Of a DNA stretch of 64,000 nt, positions 1-8,464 are shown one piece after another. Position 1 is the first letter of the stretch; every line of letters begins with the position of its first letter. The stretch is taken from NCBI GenBank assembly GCA_038887295.1, contig JAWAKW010000001.1, positions 173,668 through 237,667 on the forward strand, in the 5' to 3' direction. A program made the translations under genes and the position numbers. This DNA is from Candidatus Anstonellaceae archaeon (GTDB lineage: Archaea > Micrarchaeota > Micrarchaeia > Anstonellales > Anstonellaceae). The notes under the pieces were generated by a model. It had not been told where the DNA came from. It saw only the letters and a program-made list of their open reading frames with translations, and ran no database searches.

Positions 1-1124
1 GGGATTGGCAAGCACAGCCACCTTTCCAGCAGAGGAATAAACCTGTTTTTTTTGGCCGTCATCCAGCCAGGCAAAAACCGCACCCTCAACAGGCTTTCCG
101 CCAAAAGTCAGCTCAAACTCATGTCGGTTTCCCCTCATGCCAAGAGGCTTTGCGCTCAGTCCAAGCACCTGGAGATAAGCAGCTGCCTTAAGGTTGCCGA
201 ACTGGTCCTCAACTTTGATGATAGCAGGCCCGCTTGTGCTGAAATTTGCTGAAAACAACCCTACCCATCTTTCGCCAAAGGCAACTCCCACTTCTTGCTT
301 TCCAATCTGCTTTCTTCCTGCAAATATCTTTGCTTCCAGCTGCGCACGCCTTTCATTTTCCAGCTCCAGCTCAAATTGAGCTGGCTGGCCTGCTACCACC
401 TCTTTTGGGCCCATCAGCCTTCCTGGGGCAGAAGAAAGTCTCCCCGTATCAATCATTCGGCACTGCTCACCAACATGCACTATCCTGCAATATGCTGCTG
501 TGGAATTTACAGGGTAATCCATGATTGAAACCCTTCCAGAAAACATACGAGCGTTTTCGTTCAAAAGCGCCTTTTTTACTGCTTCCTGCACCGCTTCCTC
601 CTCTTTCCCAAGGTGAAGCTTCACAACCTCAAAGCCAGAATTGCCTTCTATTGAGGTGATTTTGCCATACTGGTCAATCGCTTTCCCTTCAAGTGCAACT
701 ATGGCAACTGCCTTTGCGCTTTGGTTGGACTGATAAATTTCAAGCGGAAGTGCGCCTGAGGCAGAAATTACAATGGCATTTTCCATGCCAGCAGCCTCCT
801 GCGGGTAGGCAAAAAGCACCTGAATCCCACACCTTTCAAGCTGCCGTTGCACCATTTGCGCCAAATCCTTGCTTATTCCTGGAAGCTGATTGCTGGAAAG
901 CACCACAAACTTGCTTGGGAAGGGGCTGTCCTTGCACTCAATCCAGCTTTCCCCTTCCTCTTGCAGCAAATGAGCCAAAACTACCTGCTGCCCTCCCCAA
1001 TCTGCGATTTCTGCGCCATAAAATGCAAAGGTTGGCAAATCCTGCCGGCTCACCTGCTCTTTTTGCTGCCATCCAATTTGCAAAATGAGAAACAAAGCAA
1101 GGAGGATTCCAGCTGCAAAAATGG
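1..1124 (-). CDS. N-terminal part of a secreted or membrane-anchored protein (possible PA-domain-like); the gene continues past the window start and was not listed in the ORF track.
   Basis: Manual minus-strand translation from the ATG at 1124 reads MRYAIFAAGILLALFLILQIGWQQ... and stays open to position 1, which is an N-terminal hydrophobic anchor followed by a long soluble region. The plus-strand ORFs at 52..528 are antisense to it. Confidence 0.55.
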
Positions 1125-1130
1125 CATATC

Positions 1131-2525
1131 TCATGTTGCCACTTTCCAAACAGTGGTGCCGTCTTTGCGGTCTTCAATTATGATTCCTTTTTCCTGCAGG
1201 CTTTTCCTTATGGAGTCTGCCAGCGCAAAATCCTTCCTTTTGCGCGCCTCGTCACGCTTCTGCAGCAGCCTTTCAATTTCCTCTGCTGGAATTGGAAGCT
1301 TGGCTTCGGCTGGCTGCAGACCGAATACTGCAAGCAGCTTTTCAAGGGTGGCTGCTGCGGAAAGAGCATCCATTTTGCCTGCGGTGGAATCCGAGCAGGC
1401 AGCATTTATTTTCCTGGCAAGCATGAAAAGCGCAGCCATGGCATTTGGACTGTCAAAGTCGTCATCCATGCAAGATACAAATTTGCGCTCGGCCTCCAAG
1501 GCCGCCTCAGAAAGCTTCGCAGTGCCTGTTGGCGGAAGCGGGTAGGATTTTGCAGAGCGGATTGCCTGGTGCAGGCTTTCAAGCGAGCTTGCCGCAGACA
1601 AAATCGACTGCCGCGAAAAGTCAATCGGGCTTCGGTAATGCGTGAGGGCAAAAAACATCCTGATTGCCTGCGGGTTGAATTCTGCAAGCGCATCCTGGAT
1701 GGTGATGAAATTCCCAAGGGATTTTGCCATCTTTTCCCCGTTTACCGTAAGAAAGCCAGTGTGCAGCCAGTACCTTACAAACCTTTTGCCGGTAGCCGCC
1801 TCGGATTGGGCTATTTCATTTTCATGGTGGGGGAAAACAAGGTCGCGCGCACCCCCATGAATATCTATTGTTTCGCCCAAGCAAGAGATGCTCATCGCAG
1901 AGCATTCTATATGCCAGCCAGGTCTGCCTTCTCCCCAAGGGGAGCTAAAGGTCGCCCCCTTTTCCTGCCCGAATTTCCACAGCGCAAAATCCTGCGGGTT
2001 TCTTTTTTCCTCATCCACCTCAACCCGCGCCCCTGCCTTTATTTGCTCCATGTTTTGCCCGGAAAGCGCCCCGTAGCCTTGGAACTTCATCACATCAAAG
2101 TAGACGCCTGAGGAAGTCTGGTAGGCATAGCCGTTTTGCATTATCCTTTCTATAAGGGCAATTATCTGCGGAATATACTGGCTTACTTTAGGGGAGAAGT
2201 TCGGCTTTTTTATCCCAAGCACCTCAAATTCGCGCTCTGATTGGGAATTGAACATAGCCGCAAGCTCAAGCGGCGCCATTCCCATCTCTTTTGCGCGGTT
2301 TATTATCTTGTCATCTATGTCAGTCACATTTTGCACGTAGGTGACTTCATAGCCCTTAAACTCAAGGTACCTTCTTATGTTGTCAAATGCCACCAGCGTC
2401 CTTGCATGCCCCAGATGGCTTTTGTCATAAGGGGTAATGCCGCAAACGTACATCTTTACCTTGTTTTTTTCCTGGGGGACAAATTCTTCCTTGGCTTTTG
2501 TCAGCGTGTTGTATACTCTCACCAA
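1131..2525 (-). CDS. cysS: cysteinyl-tRNA synthetase
   Basis: Class I aaRS motifs are present: HIGH-type HLGHAR near the N-terminus and KMSKS-type KMAKSLGN. The length of 464 aa is typical. Confidence 0.9.
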   Translation of the reverse strand: MVRVYNTLTKAKEEFVPQEKNKVKMYVCGITPYDKSHLGHARTLVAFDNIRRYLEFKGYEVTYVQNVTDIDDKIINRAKEMGMAPLELAAMFNSQSEREFEVLGIKKPNFSPKVSQYIPQIIALIERIMQNGYAYQTSSGVYFDVMKFQGYGALSGQNMEQIKAGARVEVDEEKRNPQDFALWKFGQEKGATFSSPWGEGRPGWHIECSAMSISCLGETIDIHGGARDLVFPHHENEIAQSEAATGKRFVRYWLHTGFLTVNGEKMAKSLGNFITIQDALAEFNPQAIRMFFALTHYRSPIDFSRQSILSAASSLESLHQAIRSAKSYPLPPTGTAKLSEAALEAERKFVSCMDDDFDSPNAMAALFMLARKINAACSDSTAGKMDALSAAATLEKLLAVFGLQPAEAKLPIPAEEIERLLQKRDEARKRKDFALADSIRKSLQEKGIIIEDRKDGTTVWKVAT

Positions 2526-2530
2526 ATCCC

Positions 2531-2941
2531 CTAAACAGCCCGCACCTCAACCGTCTTTTTGGCGTAGTTGAGGATGTGTGAATAGTCGCGGTAGTGCTGG
2601 TTTATGGTCAAAACCAGTGCGTATGTGCCTGGGGCGGTCTGGGTGCTTGCGCACACAGAAAAGCTTGCGGTTTTGGTTTTGCCGGGTTCAATTTCACCCA
2701 GCCTAATCTCCTTCATCTTTGCAAGGATTGCATTTTCAAACCCAAGAGCCTTTGGGATTTCCAGGCTTGCGGAAGCCAAAAACTGCTTGTCAGAGACGTT
2801 GGTGACTGAGACAATCACTTCTATGCAGTTTTCCTTCCTGGCATCCAGCCTCATTGGCCGAAGGCTGGTGGAAAAATTGAACGGAAGCCCTGGCTTTGCA
2901 GGCTCCTGGCCTTTTCCGAATATTTCCTCAAGTATGCCCAT
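2531..2941 (-). CDS. hypothetical beta-rich protein (possible Ig-like or CARDB-like fold)
   Basis: 136-aa ORF immediately downstream of cysS on the same strand; Ser/Thr/Val-rich beta-strand pattern. Confidence 0.4.
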   Translation of the reverse strand: MGILEEIFGKGQEPAKPGLPFNFSTSLRPMRLDARKENCIEVIVSVTNVSDKQFLASASLEIPKALGFENAILAKMKEIRLGEIEPGKTKTASFSVCASTQTAPGTYALVLTINQHYRDYSHILNYAKKTVEVRAV

Positions 2942-2947
2942 TTTGCA

Positions 2948-3361
2948 TCACCTTCTGCGCTTTCTTTTGCGCCTCTGGTCTTGCACAGGATGCTGACTGA
3001 GGCGCTGGAAGTGCGGAACATCAGCCATGCAAAGCTCAAAAAACACAAGCAGTATTGCAAAAAGCGAAACTATCTCAAAAAGGGCTGAAAGGAGCCCCGA
3101 GCTTGCCTCAGAAAAACCAAGCTGAGACCCGAAAAGCTCCACTGCAAACCCTGCTGCAAACCCAACCGATGCCACCCCCAAGGCAGTGGCATAGCGGACA
3201 GCCCTCCATTTTGCATAAAAGAAGTGCACTGGTAGATGCCTTCGTGCCTTGTCCCAATTCAGCTTATAGTACGCAAAAAGCAGGCTTGCAAGCAAAGCAA
3301 GCACTACCTTGACCAAAAGAACTGAAGAAATAATTTCCGAAGCCTCTGGCTGGGCAGCCAT
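2948..3361 (-). CDS. hypothetical membrane protein
   Basis: Multiple hydrophobic helices and a basic C-terminal tail. The start was trimmed to the internal Met (MAAQPE...) to remove the overlap with the upstream gene. Confidence 0.4.
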   Translation of the reverse strand: MAAQPEASEIISSVLLVKVVLALLASLLFAYYKLNWDKARRHLPVHFFYAKWRAVRYATALGVASVGFAAGFAVELFGSQLGFSEASSGLLSALFEIVSLFAILLVFFELCMADVPHFQRLSQHPVQDQRRKRKRRR

Positions 3362-3389
3362 GCAAAATTTTTGCACAGCTGAATTAAAA

Positions 3390-3806
3390 TTATTTGCCAA
3401 TCCTGTCTGCTGCAAGGTGCGAGGCCACCCCAACAAATGCGGCAAGGCCTTCTTGCCAACCAAACAGCGCAAAGCCTGCGGCAAAACAAACCAAGGCAGA
3501 AATTAAAGTGTGCGTAATCCCTCTGTGCCTTGGCCTGAAAAGCACCCATGCAGCCCATGTCCCTGCCAAAAGCAAAAAAGCAACCAGCAAGCTTCTAAAC
3601 ATCAATCCTAATGCAATTGCTACAAGCACAAGGAAAAGGCGCATTATTTGAGAAATCTTGCTTGAGTCCAGGTCAATGTCTGGCAAAAGCGAAAAAAATC
3701 CGGAAATTGCGCAGATGCTGGCAAGCTTCCAGCCATCTGCTCCAAGCAACCACCCTAAAGCTGCACCGGCTACCAAACCAAAAAGAAGATGAGCCTGCCA
3801 CTTCAC
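3390..3806 (-). CDS. membrane-bound metal-dependent hydrolase-like protein (DUF457/YdjM-like)
   Basis: Polytopic membrane protein with His-containing motifs (RHRGITHTL, ASHLAADR) typical of the DUF457 family. Confidence 0.45.
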   Translation of the reverse strand: MKWQAHLLFGLVAGAALGWLLGADGWKLASICAISGFFSLLPDIDLDSSKISQIMRLFLVLVAIALGLMFRSLLVAFLLLAGTWAAWVLFRPRHRGITHTLISALVCFAAGFALFGWQEGLAAFVGVASHLAADRIGK

Positions 3807-3815
3807 TCAAAACCC

Positions 3816-4337
3816 TCAGTACTGCAAGCTTTTAACAAACCTCCTAAAGTGTTGCAAATAGCGCCTCATGTGGTGTTCTTGTTCAGATTGCGACATTTTT
3901 GCAAGCTCATAAGAAAGTCTCATAATTTCATAGTATGCCTCACCAAAGGCGGCATCTGAAGTTATTTCATCTTGGCTTGCTATTGAGGTTGCCTCGCACA
4001 GGTCGGCCAAATACTTAAGCTGCTCCAAAGCCTCTCTCCCTTTTTTAGTCAGCTTTAGGCGCTTCCTTGCTGTCAAGCGCTTTCGGATTGCAGAAAAAAG
4101 CATGACAAGATAATAGTATATTTGGTGCAAAATCGTCATTTTGGTTTCTGTCTGCCGCTGGACCGTAAGATCCACAACTATTGGTGCATAGGTTTCCTGC
4201 GGAACTATAAGAAGCGCCTCTGCTTTGGGATCAACAAAGCGTTCATCCATCAACCTGCCAAACTGGTGCCTTCTCCTTTCAACTGGTCCTTCTGGCTTTT
4301 TGAGAATTGGCTGAGGCTCCTGGAAAATCTGTTCCAT
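3816..4337 (-). CDS. hypothetical protein, possibly a PadR/winged-helix-like regulator
   Basis: 173-aa ORF with a basic helix segment KRLKLTKKGREALEQL; it is convergent with island gene 1. Confidence 0.3.
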   Translation of the reverse strand: MEQIFQEPQPILKKPEGPVERRRHQFGRLMDERFVDPKAEALLIVPQETYAPIVVDLTVQRQTETKMTILHQIYYYLVMLFSAIRKRLTARKRLKLTKKGREALEQLKYLADLCEATSIASQDEITSDAAFGEAYYEIMRLSYELAKMSQSEQEHHMRRYLQHFRRFVKSLQY

Positions 4338-4367
4338 ACTGGTCGCTGCTTTTATTTTTGTGTCAAG

Positions 4368-4378
4368 ATTTATATAAT
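4368..4378 (+). promoter_or_regulatory. archaeal TATA box for island gene 1 (leaderless start at 4401)
   Basis: TTTATATAA lies about 25-30 nt upstream of the ATG at 4401, the spacing typical of archaeal leaderless transcripts. Confidence 0.5.
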
Positions 4379-4400
4379 TGATTTTTCACGAAATACACTT

Positions 4401-7400
4401 ATGTTCAAACAAGAAAACACCTCTGTCTATTTTTCTAAAACAACCACACCATATTACTTTACTAGCCTAAACAACTATAAGGAAACACTTAAGGGAACTT
4501 CTAATATAACCATCGGCTTAATTAAAGTAAAAGAAGGAACTCTCAAAGAGATTCTCCAGCTACGTAATTCGTTTGGTTTTACAGAAGATCAAATCAAATC
4601 TTTGGTACCTTTTGGGACTCCTGATAGATCTGCTCCAACAAACATAATTGAAAGCAAAGATTATCTTTTACAAAAATATGGTGATTCCTACAGGATTTTT
4701 AAAAAAAATGTAGATCCTGTAGAAAGCCTCCAAAATGCGCTTTCTCCTTGGCAGATAAAAATAGATAAAGATGTTGCATCTCAAATCGTCAACAACTTAA
4801 TTTCTACAAAAGGAAAAGATTATTCAATAGGCGTTCAATCAAATGGTAAGGATTATGTACTTCGCTTCTCTTCTTTAAGTAATGGAACAACTTATTCTCT
4901 AAGTGTTTTTGAAACAAATATCCTCACAGAACAAATGCGAACTGAGATTGTTTCAAACTTTGAAAATTTTGAAAATCACTATAACTCAAATCCTGATTTC
5001 AAGAAGAAATGGGATAACTTTGCTTTGCTTAGGCCATTTCTTGTTGAAAAGATTATCACAGGAATGCAAAGTGAGATGAGAGAAATTTTTAGAACTTTTT
5101 CAGAAGGTCTTAATCATCACATCATTGCTGAGATCAACAAACCAATAATAACTGAAGGAATCGTTGGTTATGAACAAAAGAATTTGAACCTAAAAAGCAA
5201 TGGTAATTACTATGATATTGAGTTTTTGTCTTCACCAAATATTAAAGCTTTTGAAAATGATCTAAAAAAATATGGATTCAAAGAAGACGAAATCAAAAAA
5301 GCCAAAAAGCTTGACGAAACCACTATTTATTACCTCAATAATAGACCCTATCGTTATTACAAGCACGGTTATTATGAAATAAGAAACGACGGTCAAAGTT
5401 CATTTATTGCACAAAGGACAAAGGAGGGAGAATATGAGCTTATCTTAAGGATTAAGAAATCATACCTGGATGATAACAAGACCCTTAAACTGGGGGACTG
5501 GACTATTAGCAAGGCACAAAAAGATAGTGCAACCTTGAAAATCCCAATTTACGGCCAAAAAGAGGAACCTAACTTTTTCAAAAAGAACATTGAGGCCCAC
5601 ACACTTTATATTAGACCTTTAGATCCTAACTCAATCAAGCAGCTAGAGAAAGAAGGTGTAATATTTGAAGGAGAAGATCTAAAAACAATTGAACAGCTCT
5701 TATACAACTTATTAAAACCTTCTATGTTCGATTATTTATTAAGAAATAAGATCAAAACCGCAATCTCAAACATTAAAGATCCAAAATACGGCTTTTGGGA
5801 TATTGATAGTGGTGATTCTAGATTACAGATTAAAAAAATAGAACAGGGTAGAAAATTCCAAATAATAGATAAGCTTTTAATAGGAAAACAAATCGAAAAT
5901 GGAAGGCTTATAGGAAGCTTCCAATATAATGTTTCAGAAAAAAACGGCCGCGTCTGGCTTTCAACCTATCGTTATAGCGGGCTTTACTATTTAGATCCTT
6001 ATGCTATTGGAATGTTTTCTACTGCTGTCAAAGGATTTGTAGAAGGATTAAGCGGAATAGTTACAGATCCTATTGAATTTTTCTTACCTTTTTTGAAAAG
6101 ACCAAATGCTGTTGTCGAAAATGCAGTAAAGAACCCTACGCCTGAAAATATACGAAATGCAGCTTTCGCGTTGGATATGTGGATGGTAGATTCACTCTTG
6201 ACATCAACAGGATATGGTATAGTTATAAGCAAGGCCGCTTTAAAAGTTGTTGGACGGAGCCTTTCAAAAGCAACCTTAAGAAAGTTAGGTGAAAAGATAA
6301 CTAATGGGGGTATAATAGATAATCTTGCAAACCACCATGATGAAATCTTCAAAATTTTGATGGATACCAATCTAAAAAATGGGTCGTCAGTAGATAATAT
6401 AATAATCAAGTACGTCGGCGAGGATATATATCGTAAAGATCCAATCCAAGCGATCCAGAAGTTTTTTGATTCTCCTGACCCTCTTTTGATGCCTTTGAAA
6501 AGAGAAGTAGCAGAAGCACTCGGTGTCGATCTCACATTTTCTAATCTTGCCAAAGGAGCTGCAACAGCTGTATCTAAAACTGTGACTAATGTTGAAAGAT
6601 ATGCAAAACCCCTCCATCATTATTTAGACGATTGGACAGAACACGTCGCACAAAAGTTGCTTAGCGTTGACAAACAAGAGTTTTTACAGATAGATTTCTT
6701 ACCTTCTATTCAGTCATCCCTTGAGAAACTTCTAAAAAATAAACTGCAGAATCTAAAGATTGATATCAGCGAAATTTTGTCAAGAAAAGAAGTTCTTGAT
6801 GCGTATGAAAAAGCACTCAATTCTCTAAGTGCAGAAGATATTATAGAATATCTGAATGCAATTAAAAAGGAACTAATCAAAGAACTCAAAAATTTGAAAG
6901 CAGATAAAGAAATTATTGACTACGTTGAAAAAGGCATCACTTCTCCTCAGATAACAGGCAGGCCATTAGGCTCTGTTGGGCGGAAATTAACTGCGGAAGG
7001 TGCTCTCCTAGGTGAAATGTTAGAGGATATCATGCTGAAAGCGCAAATCAAAAGGCGTCTAATAAGCTCATTAAAAGACATTAGTGAGGAAGAAATCGGC
7101 CGTCAGGTAGATAATGTTTGTAAGAACATTAATTCTTGGAAAAGCAAGGAAGATTACATTAACCAATTCAAACAACATGTCAAAAACCTTGATGGAGTAA
7201 GCAAACAAATAATAGATGCAGTAAATTCTCTCAAACCACAAGAGATTCAAATCATTCCCATGGGTGCTCTTGTTTCAAAACAAGCAATTAAAAAAACTAA
7301 AAATTTACCCAGTAGTAGTGGAAAGCCTCAATTCCTCAATAGTATTCAAGATGCAAAAGACTCATACTCAATCCATATGTTTGGGGATGAACAAATCTTG

Positions 7401-8423
7401 CTTGGCTCACTTGCAAAGAAGGCAGATAAACTCGTCGACCTTCCAAACGAAATTATAAAAATGGAAGAATATCTTGCAAGATTCGTAGGCTTAAAAGACA
7501 GTCGCATTCTTAGGTTTATGAATGAAGACGATTTTATCTCCACTTTAAATAAAACTAAATATTCAGAAAAATACAAAGAATATTTAATAAAATCGTTTAA
7601 AGACCTTCGAGATCGATATATTCAATACACCTCAGGTAATTCTATAAGCGAAGCTTTCTTTATCGATTGCTCTTCCTTTGTTCAAAAAATGAAGAAAGCA
7701 AAGAATTTCAATTTCTTGAAGAATAGGAATCGACTGCAAACTATTATGCATGAACATCTATTCGATGCGATGAACGCAGTAAACGCTTATACAAGACGCC
7801 AAGAACTTATACAAAGTTTCATAAGTAAAATGGATGAGGCCAAAATTGAATTTAACAAGCAAATAAGAGACAAACTAGAAAAAGGGATAATCTCAGGTGA
7901 AGAACTAAAGAAGCTAGAAGATGAGATCATAAATAAGATAACTACTAATCAACAGTTGCAGCAAACACTCTCTGAGATCAGGAAACTCTCACTACAAATC
8001 GATTCATTTATCAAGGATACCATGTCGTATAAGTTCTTTAAACTCATGACTGATCTAGAATCATTCAGCAAAGTCGTGTCAGCTGTTATTAAGATCGGCA
8101 ACTCTATCTTCAAGAGTAGTAAAGAATTTTCCACCTTAATAAATAACTATCCCGAGCTTAAGATAACCATTATGGGATTAGTAATGTCAGAATATATAGA
8201 AGCATTATCGCAAAAAAAAGTCCCCCCAATTGACGATCTCATTAGAAATGCAAACGGACAAGTTTCCTCTCCAACTATCCTAAATAAACGCGGAGCCAAA
8301 TCTACAATACCAGAAGAATTGGAAACTCCAGAAGAATTGGAAACTAAAAATTCAGGTCAAGGTGAATCGAAAAGAATAGATATAGATCCCAATCAGAATA
8401 AATATCTAAAACCAGATTTTTAA
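4401..8423 (+). CDS. giant ORFan protein 1 (1340 aa), N/K-rich with a long coiled-coil region in its second half
   Basis: Long uninterrupted frame. The start was placed at the ATG at 4401 because the upstream extension in the ORF track overlaps the convergent gene 3816..4337 and a TATA box sits at -28. There is no signal peptide, no P-loop, and no family I recognise. Confidence 0.75.
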   Translation: MFKQENTSVYFSKTTTPYYFTSLNNYKETLKGTSNITIGLIKVKEGTLKEILQLRNSFGFTEDQIKSLVPFGTPDRSAPTNIIESKDYLLQKYGDSYRIFKKNVDPVESLQNALSPWQIKIDKDVASQIVNNLISTKGKDYSIGVQSNGKDYVLRFSSLSNGTTYSLSVFETNILTEQMRTEIVSNFENFENHYNSNPDFKKKWDNFALLRPFLVEKIITGMQSEMREIFRTFSEGLNHHIIAEINKPIITEGIVGYEQKNLNLKSNGNYYDIEFLSSPNIKAFENDLKKYGFKEDEIKKAKKLDETTIYYLNNRPYRYYKHGYYEIRNDGQSSFIAQRTKEGEYELILRIKKSYLDDNKTLKLGDWTISKAQKDSATLKIPIYGQKEEPNFFKKNIEAHTLYIRPLDPNSIKQLEKEGVIFEGEDLKTIEQLLYNLLKPSMFDYLLRNKIKTAISNIKDPKYGFWDIDSGDSRLQIKKIEQGRKFQIIDKLLIGKQIENGRLIGSFQYNVSEKNGRVWLSTYRYSGLYYLDPYAIGMFSTAVKGFVEGLSGIVTDPIEFFLPFLKRPNAVVENAVKNPTPENIRNAAFALDMWMVDSLLTSTGYGIVISKAALKVVGRSLSKATLRKLGEKITNGGIIDNLANHHDEIFKILMDTNLKNGSSVDNIIIKYVGEDIYRKDPIQAIQKFFDSPDPLLMPLKREVAEALGVDLTFSNLAKGAATAVSKTVTNVERYAKPLHHYLDDWTEHVAQKLLSVDKQEFLQIDFLPSIQSSLEKLLKNKLQNLKIDISEILSRKEVLDAYEKALNSLSAEDIIEYLNAIKKELIKELKNLKADKEIIDYVEKGITSPQITGRPLGSVGRKLTAEGALLGEMLEDIMLKAQIKRRLISSLKDISEEEIGRQVDNVCKNINSWKSKEDYINQFKQHVKNLDGVSKQIIDAVNSLKPQEIQIIPMGALVSKQAIKKTKNLPSSSGKPQFLNSIQDAKDSYSIHMFGDEQILLGSLAKKADKLVDLPNEIIKMEEYLARFVGLKDSRILRFMNEDDFISTLNKTKYSEKYKEYLIKSFKDLRDRYIQYTSGNSISEAFFIDCSSFVQKMKKAKNFNFLKNRNRLQTIMHEHLFDAMNAVNAYTRRQELIQSFISKMDEAKIEFNKQIRDKLEKGIISGEELKKLEDEIINKITTNQQLQQTLSEIRKLSLQIDSFIKDTMSYKFFKLMTDLESFSKVVSAVIKIGNSIFKSSKEFSTLINNYPELKITIMGLVMSEYIEALSQKKVPPIDDLIRNANGQVSSPTILNKRGAKSTIPEELETPEELETKNSGQGESKRIDIDPNQNKYLKPDF

Positions 8424-8464
8424 ATATTGATTGAAATATTGAATAAATGTGAAGAGGTGTTCAT

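Noticed and set aside
52-1545. Plus-strand ORFs at the left edge (52..252, 194..379, 246..524, 295..528, 693..1088 and 847..1545)
   Set aside because: They are antisense to the long minus-strand gene 1..1124 and to cysS. They have no recognisable motifs and run over a gene boundary.
4122-4400. An N-terminal extension of the giant ORF, which the ORF track lists as 4122..8423 (1433 aa)
   Set aside because: The first 93 codons overlap the convergent gene 3816..4337 and have backbone composition. A TATA box at about -28 and the compositional break support the ATG at 4401 as the true start.
5999-8134. Minus-strand ORFs inside island gene 1 (5999..6553, 6387..6620, 7346..7576 and 7949..8134)
   Set aside because: They are embedded antisense in a long, continuous coding frame. 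AT-rich DNA commonly yields such antisense ORFs.
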